From Stegostoma tigrinum (Eukaryota), in NCBI RefSeq assembly GCF_030684315.1, contig NC_081371.1, positions 4,109,550 to 4,173,549 of the forward strand: a stretch of 64,000 nt of DNA, read 5' to 3'. Under the pieces are notes generated by a model. The model ran no database searches, had not been told where the DNA came from, and saw only the letters and a list, made by a program, of their open reading frames with translations. The translations under genes and the position numbers were made by a program. Of this stretch, positions 12,676 to 25,585 are shown one piece after another. The stretch's first letter is position 1. Every line of letters starts with the position of its first letter.

Positions 12676-13637
12676 AGCTAGTTTATACAGCCAGTACAGA
12701 CATGATGGGCTGAACAGCCTCTTTGTGTGCTAACGATCCGATACATTAGGAGCCAAACATTGGAGGGAATAACATCTGCTCCAGGACGTTCTGAAACATG
12801 AAAGCTTCTGTGTAAAGTGAGGGTCAGACACCACGTGGGGGCGCTGTTTGCAATTTTGGGTGGAGCACATCAGGAAGGATCGATTGGCCAAGCAAGTCAA
12901 AGACACCACAATGTTACTTGGTTGCTTTAATAATAAGGACAGGCTGCATAGTCTTGACTTATGAGATGGAAGAGTGATCTTTTTGAAGGTGTGGATACAG
13001 AGAAACCATTTCCTTATGAACAAGGCGATATAATCCTTAAATTAGAGCCTCGGCCATTTAGAGTGAGTGAAAAACTAGGAACCTTTTGCCATGGTAATGG
13101 ATAATGGAAATTTGCAGCTGAGAAAGATACTCTGAATTCTGGGGGAGAATTGGAGCTTTCAAGATGAAACTCATTCGATGAAGAGATCATGAGATAGAGC
13201 GTGGCATAAAAACAGATTTGGTGTGCAAGTCAGTCGTGGACTAAGATATGAGAGGCTTAATGGGCTTATTCCTAAGTTTTCATGCTTTTGTAGTTTTAAC
13301 AGGTCCAAATAGGATTTATTTTCCCTGTTTACATCTGCCCTCTAACACTTGTACATGTAGTTTTTTGGTATTTCCTGTGTAAAATAAACAGGCAACGCGG
13401 AGAAAATTCTACAACTGAGTGTCTCTGGTGAGTGGATCAGGAACATGCAGATGCAATTTAGCCCGCATTGTGAACAGACTGGAAACATAACCCCCTCCAG
13501 TGAGAGTTCAGTAAGAGAGACAAGCTGCAGGAGTTACAATCAATAATGCTTGTGTAATTTGATTCCCAGGCCATACTTCTTGGATAGGCAAAAATGTTCC
13601 AACTGCTCACTCCTTCACAGATTAGAAAGACATTTCT

Positions 13638-15747
13638 AGAACATAGAACATAGAACAGTACAGCACAGAACAGGCCCTTCAGCCCACGATGTTGTGCCGA
13701 CCATTGATCCTCATGTATGCACCCTCAAATTTCTGTGACCATATGCGTGTCCAGCAGTCTCTTAAATGTCCCTGATGACCTTGCTTCCACAACTGCTGCT
13801 GGCAACGCATTCCATGCTCTCACAACTCTCTGTGTAAAGAACCCGCCTCTGACATCCCCTCTATACTTTCCTCCAACCAGCTTAAAACTATGACCCCTCA
13901 TGTTAGCCACTTCTGCCCTTGGAAATAGTCTCTGGCTATCAACTCTATCTCTGCCTCTCATTATCTTGTATACCTCAATTAGGTCCCCTCTCTTCCTCCT
14001 TTTCTCCAATGAAAAAAGTCCGAGCTCAGTCAACCTCTCTTCATAAGATAAGCCCTCCAGCCCAGGCAGCATCTTGGTAAACCTCCTCTGAACCCTCTCC
14101 AAAGCATCCACATCTTTCCTATAATAGGGCGACCAGAACTGGACGCAGTATTCCAAGCGCGGTCTAACCAAAGTCTTGTAGAGCTGCAACAAGATCTCAC
14201 GACTCTTAAACTCAATCCCCCTGTTAATGAAAGCCAAAACACCATATGCTTTCTTAACAACCCTGTCCACTTGGGTGGCCATTTTAAGGGATCTATGTAT
14301 CTGCACACCAAGATCCCTCTGTTCCTCCACACTGCCAAGAATCCTATCCTTAATCCTGTATTCAGCTTTCAAATTCGACCTTCCAAAATGCATCACCTCG
14401 CATTTATCCAGTTTGAACTCCATGTGCCACCTTTCAGCCCATCTCTGCAGTCTGTCAATGTCTCGCTGCAGCCTACAACAGCCCTCTACACTGTCATTGA
14501 CACCTCCAACCTTTGTGTCGTCTGCAAACTTGCTGACCCATCCTTCAATCCCCTCATCCAAGTCATTAATAAAAATTACAAACAGTAGAGGCCCAAGGAC
14601 AGAGCCCTGTGGAACACCACTCACCACTGACTTCCAGGCAGAATATTTTCCTTCTACTACCGCTCGCTGTCTTCTGTTGGCCAGCCAGTTCTGTATCCAG
14701 ACAGCTAAGTTCCCCTGTATCCCATTCCTCCTGACCTTTTGAATGAGCCTACCATGGGGAACCTTATCAAATGCCTTGCTGAAGTCCATATACACCACAT
14801 CCACAGCTCGACCCTCATCAACTTTTCTAGTCACATCCTCAAAGAACTCGATAAGGTTTGTGAGGCATGACCTGCCCCTCACAAAGCCGTGTTGACTGCA
14901 TTTAATCAAGCCATGATCTTCCAGATGGTCATAAATCCTATCCCTCAGAATCCTTTCTCACACCTTGCAGACGACAGACGTGAGACTTACTGGTCTGTAA
15001 TTGCCGGGGATTTCCCCATTTCCTTTCTTGAAGAGAGGAATTACACTTGCCTCTCTCCAGTCCTTAGGTATGACTCCAGTGGAGAGCGAGGATGCAAAGA
15101 TCTTCGCGAGTGGCGAAGCAATTGCATTTCTCGTTTCCCAAAGCAGCCAAGGACAAATCTGGTCCGGGCTTGGCGACTTGTCAATCTTAATGTTTGACAA
15201 AATTTTCAGCACATCAGCTTCCTCTATCTCTATCCGTTCCAGCATGCACGCCTGCTCTTCAAAGGTTTCATTCACTACAAAGTTCGTTTCTCTCGTAAAG
15301 CCAGAAGCAAAAAACTCATTTAGGGCTTCCCCTACCTCCTCAGACTCCACACACAAGTTCCCTATGCTATCCCTGATCGGCCCTACTCTTTCTTTGACCA
15401 TTCTCTTATTCCTCACATAAGTGTAAAATGCCTTTGTGTTCTCCCTAATCCGTTCTGCCAAGCCTTTCTCGTGCCCCCTCCTGGCTCTCCTCAGACCATT
15501 TTTGAGCTCCTTCCTCGCCTGCCTGTAGTCCTCTAGAGCTGAGCTTGACCCTAGCTTCCTCCACCTTATGTAAGCTACCTTCTTCCTTTTGACGAGAAGC
15601 TCCACCGCTCTCGTCATCCAAGGTTCCTTTATCTTACCCCTTCTTGCCTGTCTCAGAGGGACATATTTATTTATCACTTGCAACAACTGTTCCTTAAACA
15701 GCCTCCACATGTCTATAGTGCCTTTACCATGGAACAATTGCTCCCAG
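13638..15747 (-). mobile_element. Young CR1 (HER1-like) LINE, 5'-truncated
   Basis: Continuous ORF2 homology; 3' microsatellite tail (AGAACAT)n at 13638-13657. Confidence 0.96.
13725..15747 (-). pseudogene. CR1 ORF2 reverse transcriptase region, single in-frame TGA at 14958-14960
   Basis: Motifs NYRPVSLTSVVCK, SQHGF..GRSCLTNLIEFFE, YMDFSKAFDKVPH, GVPQGSVLGP, FADDTK; ORFs 14958-15782 and 13725-14909 are in the same frame; no endonuclease domain or start. Confidence 0.93.
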
Positions 15748-15978
15748 CCTGTCCTGAATGTTGGTGAATTGTGCTGCACCACAAAATTACAGGCAATGGT
15801 TTGGGATTCCTTACAGAGCTTTAGAGAAATCCAGGGGTGTGAAATATTCAGTCACAAAGAAGGCACATTCACAAAGCCAAAGGCTTAAATTATAACTTAG
15901 TTAAAAGTACACAATGAAGGACACCAGTTTACAGTGGGTGGCCAGATGACACTAAACTTTTTTAGCGTCTCCTTTCTG

Positions 15979-16966
15979 GTCACAGAGTCATAGAGATACA
16001 CAGCAAGGAAACAGTTTCTTCGGTCCAGCTCGTCCCTGCCGACCAGATATCTTAAATTAATCCAATCCCACTTGCCAGCATTTGGCCCATATCCCTCCAA
16101 ACCCTGCCCATTCATATACCCATCCAGATGCCTTTTAAATGTTGTAATTGTACCAGACTCCACCACCTCCTCTGGCAGCTCATTCCACACATGTACCATC
16201 CTCTGTGTGAAAAAGTTGCCTCTTAAGTTCCTTTTAAATCTTTCCCCTCTCACCCTAAACCTATGCCCCTCTAGTTTTGGACTCCCCCACCCTAGGGAAA
16301 TAACCTTGTTTATTGACACTATCCATGCCCCTCATGTTTTTACAAACCTCTATAAGGCCACTCCTCAGTCTCTGATGATCCAGGGAAAATAGCCCCAGCC
16401 TATTCAATCTCTCCCCATAAATCAAACCCTCCATCTGTGGCAACATCAGCATAAATCTTTTCTGAACCCCTTCAAGTTTCACAACAGCCTTCTTATAGCA
16501 GGGAGATCAGAATTGCATACAGTATTCGAAAAGTGGCCTAACCAATGTCCTGTATATGATGTCCTAGCTCCTATACTCAATGCACTGACCAATAAAGGCA
16601 AGCATACCAAATGCCTTCTTCATAATCCTACCTACCTGTAACTCTACTTTCAAGGAATTATGAACCTGCATTCCAAGATCTCCATTCATCAACACTCCAC
16701 AGGACCATACCATGAAGTGTATAAGTCCTGCCCTGATTTGCCTTTCCAAAATGGAGCACCTCACATTTACCTAAATTAAACCCCATCTTCCACTCCTTGG
16801 CCCATTGGCTCATCCCTTCACGATCCTGTTATACTCTCAAGTAACCTTCTTCGCTGTCCACTAAACCTCCAATTTTGGTGTCATCTGCAAACTTACCAAC
16901 CATACCTCCCATGTTCACATCCAAATTATTTATAGAAATGAAAAAAAAAAAGCAGTGGATCAGCAC
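15979..16966 (-). mobile_element. CR1 LINE 3' fragment
   Basis: ORF pieces KAFGMLAFIGQCIEYRS, LEGVQKRF, RGNFFTQRMVHVWNELP; 'gtcacagagtcatagag' tail. Confidence 0.9.
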
Positions 16967-18411
16967 TTGACTTTTCAAACATTAACAGTTGGGATTCCTA
17001 TAGCACCTCCACATAACAACCAAGACTGAACAACCAAGGATTACGGTGAGAGGGTGGGTAAGTGGAGCTGAGTCCATGAAAAGATCAGCCATGATATTAC
17101 TGAAAGGAGGAGGAGGGTCAATGATCCAGATGGCCCACTCCTGTGCCTGTTTCTTATGTTCTTATTTACCGTGAAAACATTGGTTCTATGTGCTTCACCA
17201 TGAACATAACCATCAAATTAGGATGGGCAGGTTTAAGGGGTGAGTTTGAGCAGATTTTTAGAGGTGAGGGCTCTCAGGAGGGAGTTCTAGAAAGATCTCA
17301 GGCTGACGTGGCTTCTCACCAATCAGCGACAAACCACATGCTTACGGTACTATCACTGTATCAGAAATTATGACCTGATGGTACGAAGTTCTCAGACTCC
17401 ATCTTACTCTGCACTCATTTGTAGCATGGCACCCTACTGGAAGAAGCTTAATCTTAGCCCTGACACTATGTGCCTTAGCAGGGTTTTTTTTGTGTAAGAT
17501 GGTTAATATCTGGGAAGCCTCATCATTTGTCAGTTCCTTGCAGAAGACCAGGGTATCCTTGTGGAGCATGTAGAGTGAGTATACTGAGGAGAGATTTCTA
17601 ATGGCAGCTTGGAAACATGAAAGGATTGGTCTTGTTTTTTCTCTTTGGCATTATTTTCTACATTTTTCTTTCCTCAAGTCTCACCAAATGGTGATGCAAG
17701 CTGCCTCACTGAAGGATAAGACTAAGTAAAAGCTATTTCATAACAGAACTGTAGTGATTATAATGCATTGAGAATAGGAGCCCACTTCTGAATTTGACCA
17801 GTAGACAAGGCCACGCCACCTGATCTTCTGATCGAATTCAGTGATGGGCCCTTATTCTGAGTGAGTTAACATCACTACAAGAACTGCCCTAACATTTCCA
17901 ATGCAGGGGAGCCCTCAACTGAAGCATTGCTCTGCTTTGTAATGTTGTCTTGCAGTCTCTTGCAAAAAAATACAAGGGTCTCAGGAAGCCAGAATGGTCA
18001 GGCAGGATTGTGAAGTCGGAGCTCAAGCAGGAATCTGCTGGATAGGAATTCTCCTAAATTCCAAAAAGCTGGAAGAGCAACTTCCTTGTCATGCCTCTAG
18101 TCTCACAGTTTGTCCTGAGAGTAGAGGGCGCTGTGCTTATATCTGTCATGAGCCTTGGAACATATCAGATCCATAGCCTGTGTAATAAAATCCCATCCAC
18201 ACTCTATAGCATCCGAGAGTCTCTGCTCTGGGAATCCTACACCCACTAAGCTTCAGCCATTTCAAACTTATCACAGGATTAACTCTCAGTCAAAGTTGGA
18301 GTAAACACAGTCTCATAGATTGTCATTCTGCTTGTCAGAGAGCCTGTTCTGGATAGGCAGAACACCCCTCCACTTAAAGATTGGGAAAATCAAAGCTGTT
18401 GGTTTCAGTTC

Positions 18412-18955
18412 TGTCGTGATTAGAATCAGGACCAAGTGGATCTCGTTGACTATAAGATCCTTGATTGGGGTTGCTAACCTGGGCTAATCAGGGAGCCTTG
18501 GCTGACAGATACAAACAGGAGATTATAGGTGGGCACTGCAGCGAATAGAATGCTTTATTTCCCCATCCAGCTGTATTTTGATTTCGCCCTTAACCTCCCC
18601 TTTCACATTGTTTCACAGAAGCGTTGCTCTTAGCAGGCTTTGTTTGTTAATGTTTCACTGGCCACGTGGCTGCTTTCCTGGTGGTGGCAGATGTAAAGTT
18701 TTAGCACAATGGTGCCTTTTTACCATTTCACGACACATTCACTTACAACCACACAAATGATATGGGGAAGAAAAAGAATAGACGTTACTACTGAGCCCCC
18801 TTTGGGTACAGGGGTAGCAAAAAGAAAAGAAAACAGTAGATTCAGATAGCCTCCAGGGACTGGCTCTGAGCTGGCTGGTCACAGGCTGTGTACTGTGCAC
18901 AAGAAAATAAAGAATGACTGGGTGAGTGGATGCCAGCCTCTGTGCAGTTATTTCA
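18412..18955 (+). mobile_element. Solo LTR (short ~230 bp family) with ~315 bp internal insertion
   Basis: TG...TTATTTCA termini, 'cagggagccttggctgacagatacaaacaggag' and AATAAA, collinear with the intact copy at 63247-63470 apart from ~18530-18845. Confidence 0.75.
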
Positions 18956-18976
18956 ATTTTCCATCGCATTCCTGCG

Positions 18977-20029
18977 AGCTCTTATTCCCATCGAAAGCTA
19001 TTGTTGGCCTTTCCTTATCTCCTATTTTGTAAAGTGGATGCTGAAAGGGTGTTTTCCTACCTCAGGGTGTGGATCTCAAACTGGGGAACACACAGCTTCT
19101 GTGCACGATGGAGGCGAAAAGGAATTCTTTCCTCGGAAGGCCGATAGTGTCTGGAATCCTCTGCCACTGGGAGCAACGGGAGGCTGGGACATTCGGGATT
19201 CAGTTAGATCCATTTCTGACTGACAAGTCGGCCAAGGCTGTGAGAGAAAATAGGGGTAAGGTCACACACATATCAGCAAGATCATATTGAATGGTGGAGC
19301 ATACTTGATAGTGTGGATAGTTTATTCCTGCTCCTATCTAATGTAATTATCAGTCTTTGGTAAAGGACCTTGGAAGATTTTAACCCAGTAAGGTCATTGT
19401 AGAAGTGATGAGTTTGAGTTAATTTTTTTTTCTTGTGTTTTTCATATTTACACAACAGCTGGAACAAGCCCTGCTATTGCTGATTCGCTGCTCTCTGTAT
19501 CTGCGATCATCAGAGGATCTCTTTGTCCCATGTGTATAAAACAGGAAGCTTCAGAATTGAACAGCAGGTTTGCCAAACTTTGCAGAATCTGGTAAAAGCT
19601 TGGCACATTGTTGCCTCCATCATCACTCTCCATCTCGTCAATCGCCTTAGCAACAATTGTTGGGCCATCGCTCAAAATGTGCATGGGGCTGGAAGGAATC
19701 TGAAGGGTTAATATTTGACTTGTGTGCAATTAGCAGCACCCACTATGATGATGACAAGAGGACGTTGGTGGGACACCTAAGTACATCATGAAGGTCAGAT
19801 CTATGGCTAAGTCCTCCAATAAGTCATTATGGTAGAGCTTATTCTGTGAATAGTTGCAGCAGAGATGCAATTAACAACAGCTTATTTGCTCTTCTTGAAC
19901 TAAAAGGTGCCCGGTCTCAGAACTATACAGGCCCCTAAGGGGCCCACACACTTAGAAGCTGTAAATCACAGCACATACCAACAGCTCTTATTCCCATCGA
20001 AAGCTATTGTTGACCTTTCCTTATCTCCT
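18977..20029 (+). repeat. 47-bp direct repeat pair about 1 kb apart
   Basis: AGCTCTTATTCCCATCGAAAGCTATTGTTG[G/A]CCTTTCCTTATCTCCT at 18977-19023 and 19983-20029. Confidence 0.9.
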
Positions 20030-21284
20030 GTTGCCAATAATTTTGAAATTGAATGCTGGCAGTCACTTAGTTAATGGTATGGCCAATTGCCTATTGAACT
20101 TCAAGGGAGCTTCAGTTCCATCTTAAAGTATTTTAATGTGTTGCAAGTAAAACATAATCCACATGGACAGTGGGGTTAGGACGGTCACTGAAAAATAATC
20201 ATATCATTTGAAGATGGCATCTGTAATGAATACAGAGAAGCTGTCTGCCAGGAACTGTTACAAATGCACATGTGTGTGGGGACATCCACATGGTTTGCTC
20301 AGTGCTGAACATCTGCTTCCAGTTACTGACTCTAATTTCATATTATTTGTGCAACACCATTTAGCTGAGGGAAGAAACGTTTGAGCACATTTGACAAGTT
20401 GCTTTGCGGCAGTTACATCTGTTCAGTGCTTCCTAAATTTTCCAGCAGAAATGACAATTCTTAGGGGAGCTGAAATCCTTCGATTATGGCCCACCTTCCA
20501 ACCATAACATCTGCTACACGAGGCAGTTAGGACCTGCACGGGGTTAACTAATATCCAAGATAGGCTCCATCCATCAGGGTAGAAAAGGACTGTTGCCAGG
20601 GTGAGCTAACCAATGATTAAGCAGTGTGTTCAGTTCAGGTATACTAGTGCTAAATCAATGTACTTAACAGAAATGTACACTTATTCTTGGTAATTTTGCA
20701 TTTTTGAAGGTCTGTAATGCTGAACTTTCTATTTCTTGATTTCTAGCTTGTTTTCCTAAGAACTTGTACTCAAGAATATGTATATAGACACCTTTGCACT
20801 TAAGATGGTACAGTAAGTGGTGACTTGTAAACTTTTCACTGTATTCATGTGACAATAAAGCTAATTGAATTCAATTCGAGTTGAGTCTGATGTGTCACAA
20901 GAGACTACTACGTATCTTAGATACCATATAAGTAGTTATTAAGTACTATGTAATGAACATTTACTGTTTATCAAAATTGGTCTTATCTTCTGTGATTAAT
21001 ATTGCTGATTGGCAGTGCCAGTGACCAGAGTTCGATTCCACTATCAGGTGCCTTCTGTGTAGCGTTTACACATTCTTCCCACATCTGCGTGAGCTTCCTC
21101 CATTTGAGAGACTATGCCATACACAAAATGGCTGCCGTTTTTCCCACATTACAACAAGGACTTCACTTCCAGAAATTTTCACTGTCTGCGAAGCTCTGAG
21201 TTTGTGACAGACATTTGCTAACTGCAAGCTTTTCTTTTTCTTTCTTTAATGTCTTGGGATTAGTCATAAGTTTGTAAGTGATTT

Positions 21285-21606
21285 GGGGTGGCACAGTGGC
21301 TCAGTGACCCACATTTGATTCCACCCTTGGGTGACTGTGTGGAGTTTGCACGTTCTCCCCGTGTCTGCGTGGGTTTCCTCCGGGTGCTCTGGTTTCCTCC
21401 CACAGTACAAAGATGTGCAGGCTAGGGTGGATTGGCCATTCTAAATTGCCCGTTAGTGCTCAGGTATGTGCAAGCTGGGTGGACTAGCCATGGGAAATGC
21501 AGGGTTATAGGGATAGGGTAGGTGGGGTAATATCTGGGTGGAATACTCTTTGGAGGGTCTGTGAGGACTTGATGGGCTGAATGGCTTTCTGTGGGTTTCT
21601 ATGATC
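21285..21606 (+). mobile_element. HE1-type V-SINE (deletion in tRNA head)
   Basis: gtggcacagtggctcagtg, V domain gtgtggagtttgcacgttctccccgtgtctgcgtgggtttcctcc, ttctatga tail. Confidence 0.9.
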
Positions 21607-22004
21607 CTTTCTCTCCCATTGTGCCTCTGAGTTTTCTTGGCTCTCTCTATTTAATGAATGCCTCTGGAGGTCACAGACTGTGTTCACCCTCTTGTAGAGG
21701 ACAATTTGAGAATTTTTTTTACATATATGATTATTTGAACATGGAATGCTTCGCCACAGCAGGTAGCAAGAGAGGCAGGGATTGTTAACTAACTTTAAAG
21801 GTTATTAGATGAGAGTTTCAGAAAAAGTATATAAAGTGTAAATGGCATGAGCTGGGATAAGGATTGATAATTACAGCCCAAGAAGTCAAAATGATGTGCA
21901 TAATTATAGTAATATCTGTGGAATTCTCTGCTCCAGAAAGTGATCAAGGTCAAAATGTTGAATGTTTTCAAGAAGGCATTAGATAATGTTCTTAGGGCTT
22001 AGTT

Positions 22005-22435
22005 CTTAGAAACTACAGAGTCGTGAACACAGCCCAGAGCGTCAGGCAAGCCAGCCTCCCATTCATTGACTCCACCTACACTTCTCGCTGACTTAGAAAG
22101 GTAGCCAACATCAGCAAAGACCTGACGCCCCCAACCCTGTTTGTAATCTCTTCCAACCTCTTCCATGAGGCAGAAGGCACAATAGCTTAAGCACGCGTAC
22201 CAACAGATTCAGGAACAGCTACTTCCGTGTTATTACTCGGCTTCTGAACGTACCTCTCAAATGTCAAATCTCACGTTGATGTTGCTTTTTGTGCACTTCC
22301 TCTGGAATTTTGTACTCCTCGCTCAGTTCTAACACACCCTGAACTTTGTACAGTATGATCTGCCTGTACTGCACACAAAACTAAATGTTTCACTGTACCT
22401 AGGTGCATGTGGCAGTAATAAATCAAACTGAATCA
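22005..22435 (+). mobile_element. Rex1/Babar-like LINE 3' fragment inserted in a CR1 3' end
   Basis: Decayed LQRVVNTAQ...LP.GRR..SL..RTNRFRNSYF..LLN coding pattern, AATAAA tail; TAGGGCT repeat at 21993-21999 and 22437-22443; CR1 3' sequence on both sides (21905-22575). Confidence 0.65.
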
Positions 22436-22799
22436 GTAGGGCTAAAAGAATCAAAAAGTATGGGGAGAAAACAGGAAAAGGGACAGAGTTGGATGATTAT
22501 CCATTATCATATTGAATGGGGAAAGCAGGCTCAAAGGACTGAATGGCTCACTCCTGCTCCTATTTTCTATGTTTCAATGTAATTGGTTGGATTCTGTTCT
22601 GCTATGCTGTAAATTTAATCTTTCCATTCAACAATAGGCAGTTCTGTCTATGTCACTTGCTGCTTCTCCTAATTTCCAAAGTGATTACTTTCTGCCACTC
22701 TAGATCCTCAGTCAAAGTTCTGCCTTGTAATGTTCAATCATCCATGAAGTTAAAGGCCTATATTTAGCCTCCCACCCATAAACTCAAATATTTAAAATT

Positions 22800-23640
22800 C
22801 CCACCTTCATGTTCAACTCCCTCTATGAAAAGACACTGACTGCCTCTTCTAACTCCTCCAGCCCTACAACCCATTGCTCCCCGTGTTCCTCCAGTCTCGA
22901 CCATCTGTGGCATCCATGGGTACCCGCATGGACACCGGTTATGCCTGTCCCTTGTGGGGTATGTGGGACATTCCTTATCCCAATCCTACTCAGGCCCCCG
23001 CCCACAACTTTCAGCCCAATATATTGACAACATCATCGGCGTTGCATCCCTCTCTCATCGGAAACTGGAAAAGCTTTTTTCTTTGCTTCTAATCGCCAAA
23101 CTACTTGCACCTTCACCTGGCCCATTTCTGACTCCTCCCTTTCCTTCCTCAGCATCTCTGTGTCCATTTCTGGGGATAGACTGGCCACTAATATCCACTA
23201 AAAACCCTCCGACTCCTACACATATTGATTATACATCCGCACACCCTGCTTCCTGTAAGAACTCTATCCCATTCCCCAAGTTCCTCCACTTCTGCCACAT
23301 CTGTTCTGATGATGCCAAAGGGGCCTCTGAAATGTCTGTCTTCTTCCTCAACCAAGGATTCCCAAGCACTGTAGCTGACAGTGCCCTCAGCTGGGACTGA
23401 CCCATTTCCTGTTCTTCGGCCCCATCTCTTCCCTCCCACAACAGCAATGTCCTCACCTACCATCCCACCAGCATCCACTTCCAGTGGATATTTGATCACC
23501 ATTTCCATCACCTCCAGTGGGATGCCAGCAAAAGCCATATATTCCCTTCCCCTTCCTTGTCAGCCTTCCGCATGTATCTTTTCCTCTGGGACACCCTGGT
23601 CCACTCCTGCTTCATTCCCAACACCACCCCCGCAATATCC
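22800..23640 (+). mobile_element. Penelope-like element reverse transcriptase fragment (decayed)
   Basis: Frameshifted VASMGTRMDTGYAC / GYVGHSLSQSYSGP.PQL..QYIDNIIG / DYTSAHPASCKNSIPF matching PLE RT motifs; collinear with 2660-3110 and 56541-56830. Confidence 0.85.
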
Positions 23641-24574
23641 CCATGACACCCCAATTCCTATACTTAATGCACCGAAGGCAAGCATATCAAACGTCTTTTC
23701 CATTACCCGGTCTTACTGGGATTCCACCTCCAAGATTCCACCTCATTAGCAATGAGCAACCCCTAATTATTTAGAAATGGTGTCTCTCCGCTCTGGGCCA
23801 CCCCATAAGGGGAGCCATCTACTCAGCAACCAAGATCCCCTCTGAACGTCTGTGTTTCAGTAAGATTTCTCTGAACTCATTCCCCATTTTTCTAAACGTC
23901 AGTAAGTAAAGGCTGTGTTTAATCAACCTTATCTCAGGAGAAAAGCTTCCCATGTTTGGAATCAGTCCAGAGCGCCCTCTCTGAACTGCTGCTAGGTGCC
24001 TCCTTATGTAAGGTGATCAACAAGAAAGCCAGGTAGTTCTCCAGGGTGATTGTAGCCCATAAGGGTTAAACAATGAGTGCCAAACACGGTTCTTTCTTTG
24101 TGCTATTGACGGAAGCCCCACAGCATGGTGTAGCCTATGAGTGTAGTTGCAGAGGCATATCTGGGGTTTAAGAATCTGAAGATTGTTAATGCAATCACAA
24201 GTCCACTGTTGTAGTTGATGAGACAAGAAAGTCCATAGAGTTTCATATAAGTCACTCAAATGGGAGCTGTTACTTCAAGTGATTCTAAGGTTAGTTCATA
24301 GCACATTTGAGAATTTTGAATCCTAGATCTGCATCTTTTTCATTCTCTCAAGGGACATGGACATTATTGCTCAGCGTTTATTGCAGTTGCCCTGGCGGTG
24401 AGCTAACTTCTTGAACCGCTGCAGTACACCTGCTGATAAGGAGGGAACTCTAGGATTTTGACCCAGTGGCAATGCAGGAATGGTATTTTCAAGTCAAGAT
24501 GGTAAGTGGCTCAGAGGGGAACTTACGGATGATAGTGCTTCCATGCATCTGCTGCCCCTGTCCTTCAAGATGAG

Positions 24575-24795
24575 GGAGTTGGTTAGCTCACTTGGCTGGA
24601 TGGCTGGTTTTCAATGCAGAATGATGCCCAGCAGGTGAGTTCAATTCCCTCACTGATGAGGTCACCGTTAATGTTGCACTTCCTCAAACTCACTCCTCAC
24701 CTGAGGTATGGTGACCCCTCAGGTTAAATTCACCACCAGTCATCTCTCACTAACAAGATGGCTGCCATGGTCTTCTGGGACTTCGGTGTCTACCG
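24575..24795 (+). mobile_element. tRNA-derived SINE, family 2
   Basis: A-box-like gttagctcacttggctgg, B-box-like gagttcaattcc, body 'cctgaggtatggtgacccctcaggttaa'; second copy at 30900-31112. Confidence 0.65.
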
Positions 24796-25271
24796 TCACC
24801 TTCCAGATAGTAGGTGCTGGCTAAAGATCTTTGGTATCTTGTAGACAGCAAACACTGCTGCTGAGCATCGGTGATGGAGGGAGTGGATGATTGTGGATGT
24901 GATGCCAGTCAAATAGCTGCTTTGTCCTGGATGGTGTCAAGCTGCTTGAGTGTTGTTGGGGCTGCACCCATCCAGGCAAGTGGGGAGTATCCCATCACAC
25001 TCCTGACTTGTGCCTTGGAGTTGGTGGACAGGCTTTGGGGAGTCAGGAAGTGAGTTATTTGTTGCAGTCTTCCTAACCTCTGACCTGTTATTGTAGCCAC
25101 TGTGTTTATGTGGGGTGAGTCCAGTTGAGATTCTGGTGAATGGTAACCTCTAGGATGTTGTTAGTGGGGGATTCAGCGATGGCATCACCATTGAATGTCA
25201 AGGGGTGGTGGTTAGTTAATCTCCTTCGGAAACTGACATTTGTATGGCATGAATGTTACTTACCTTTTTTG

Positions 25272-25585
25272 ATTAGATTCCCTGTAGTGTGGAGACAGGC
25301 CCTTTGGCCCAACAAGTCCACACCACCCCTTGCAGCATCCCACCCAGACCCATCCCCTATAACCTGCACACCCCTGAACACTGTAGGCAATTTCCCATGG
25401 CCGATCCACCTAGCCTGCACATTTTTTGGACTATGGGGGAAAACTGAAGCACCCAGAGAAAGCCCACACAGACACGGGGAGAACGTGCAAACTCCGCACA
25501 GACAGTTGCCTGAGGCTGGAATTGAACCCGGGTCCCTGGCGCTGTGAGGCTGCAGTGGTAACCGCTGAGCCACCGTGCCGCCCCA
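25272..25585 (-). mobile_element. HE1-type V-SINE
   Basis: Near-identical layout to 8280-8599. Confidence 0.93.

Noticed and set aside
14227-15420. Plus-strand ORFs of 171 and 139 aa
   Set aside because: Antisense shadows of CR1 ORF2
19448-19729. 93-aa minus-strand ORF with protein-like composition
   Set aside because: Not recognisable and has no partner exons; kept only as part of the 47-bp repeat finding
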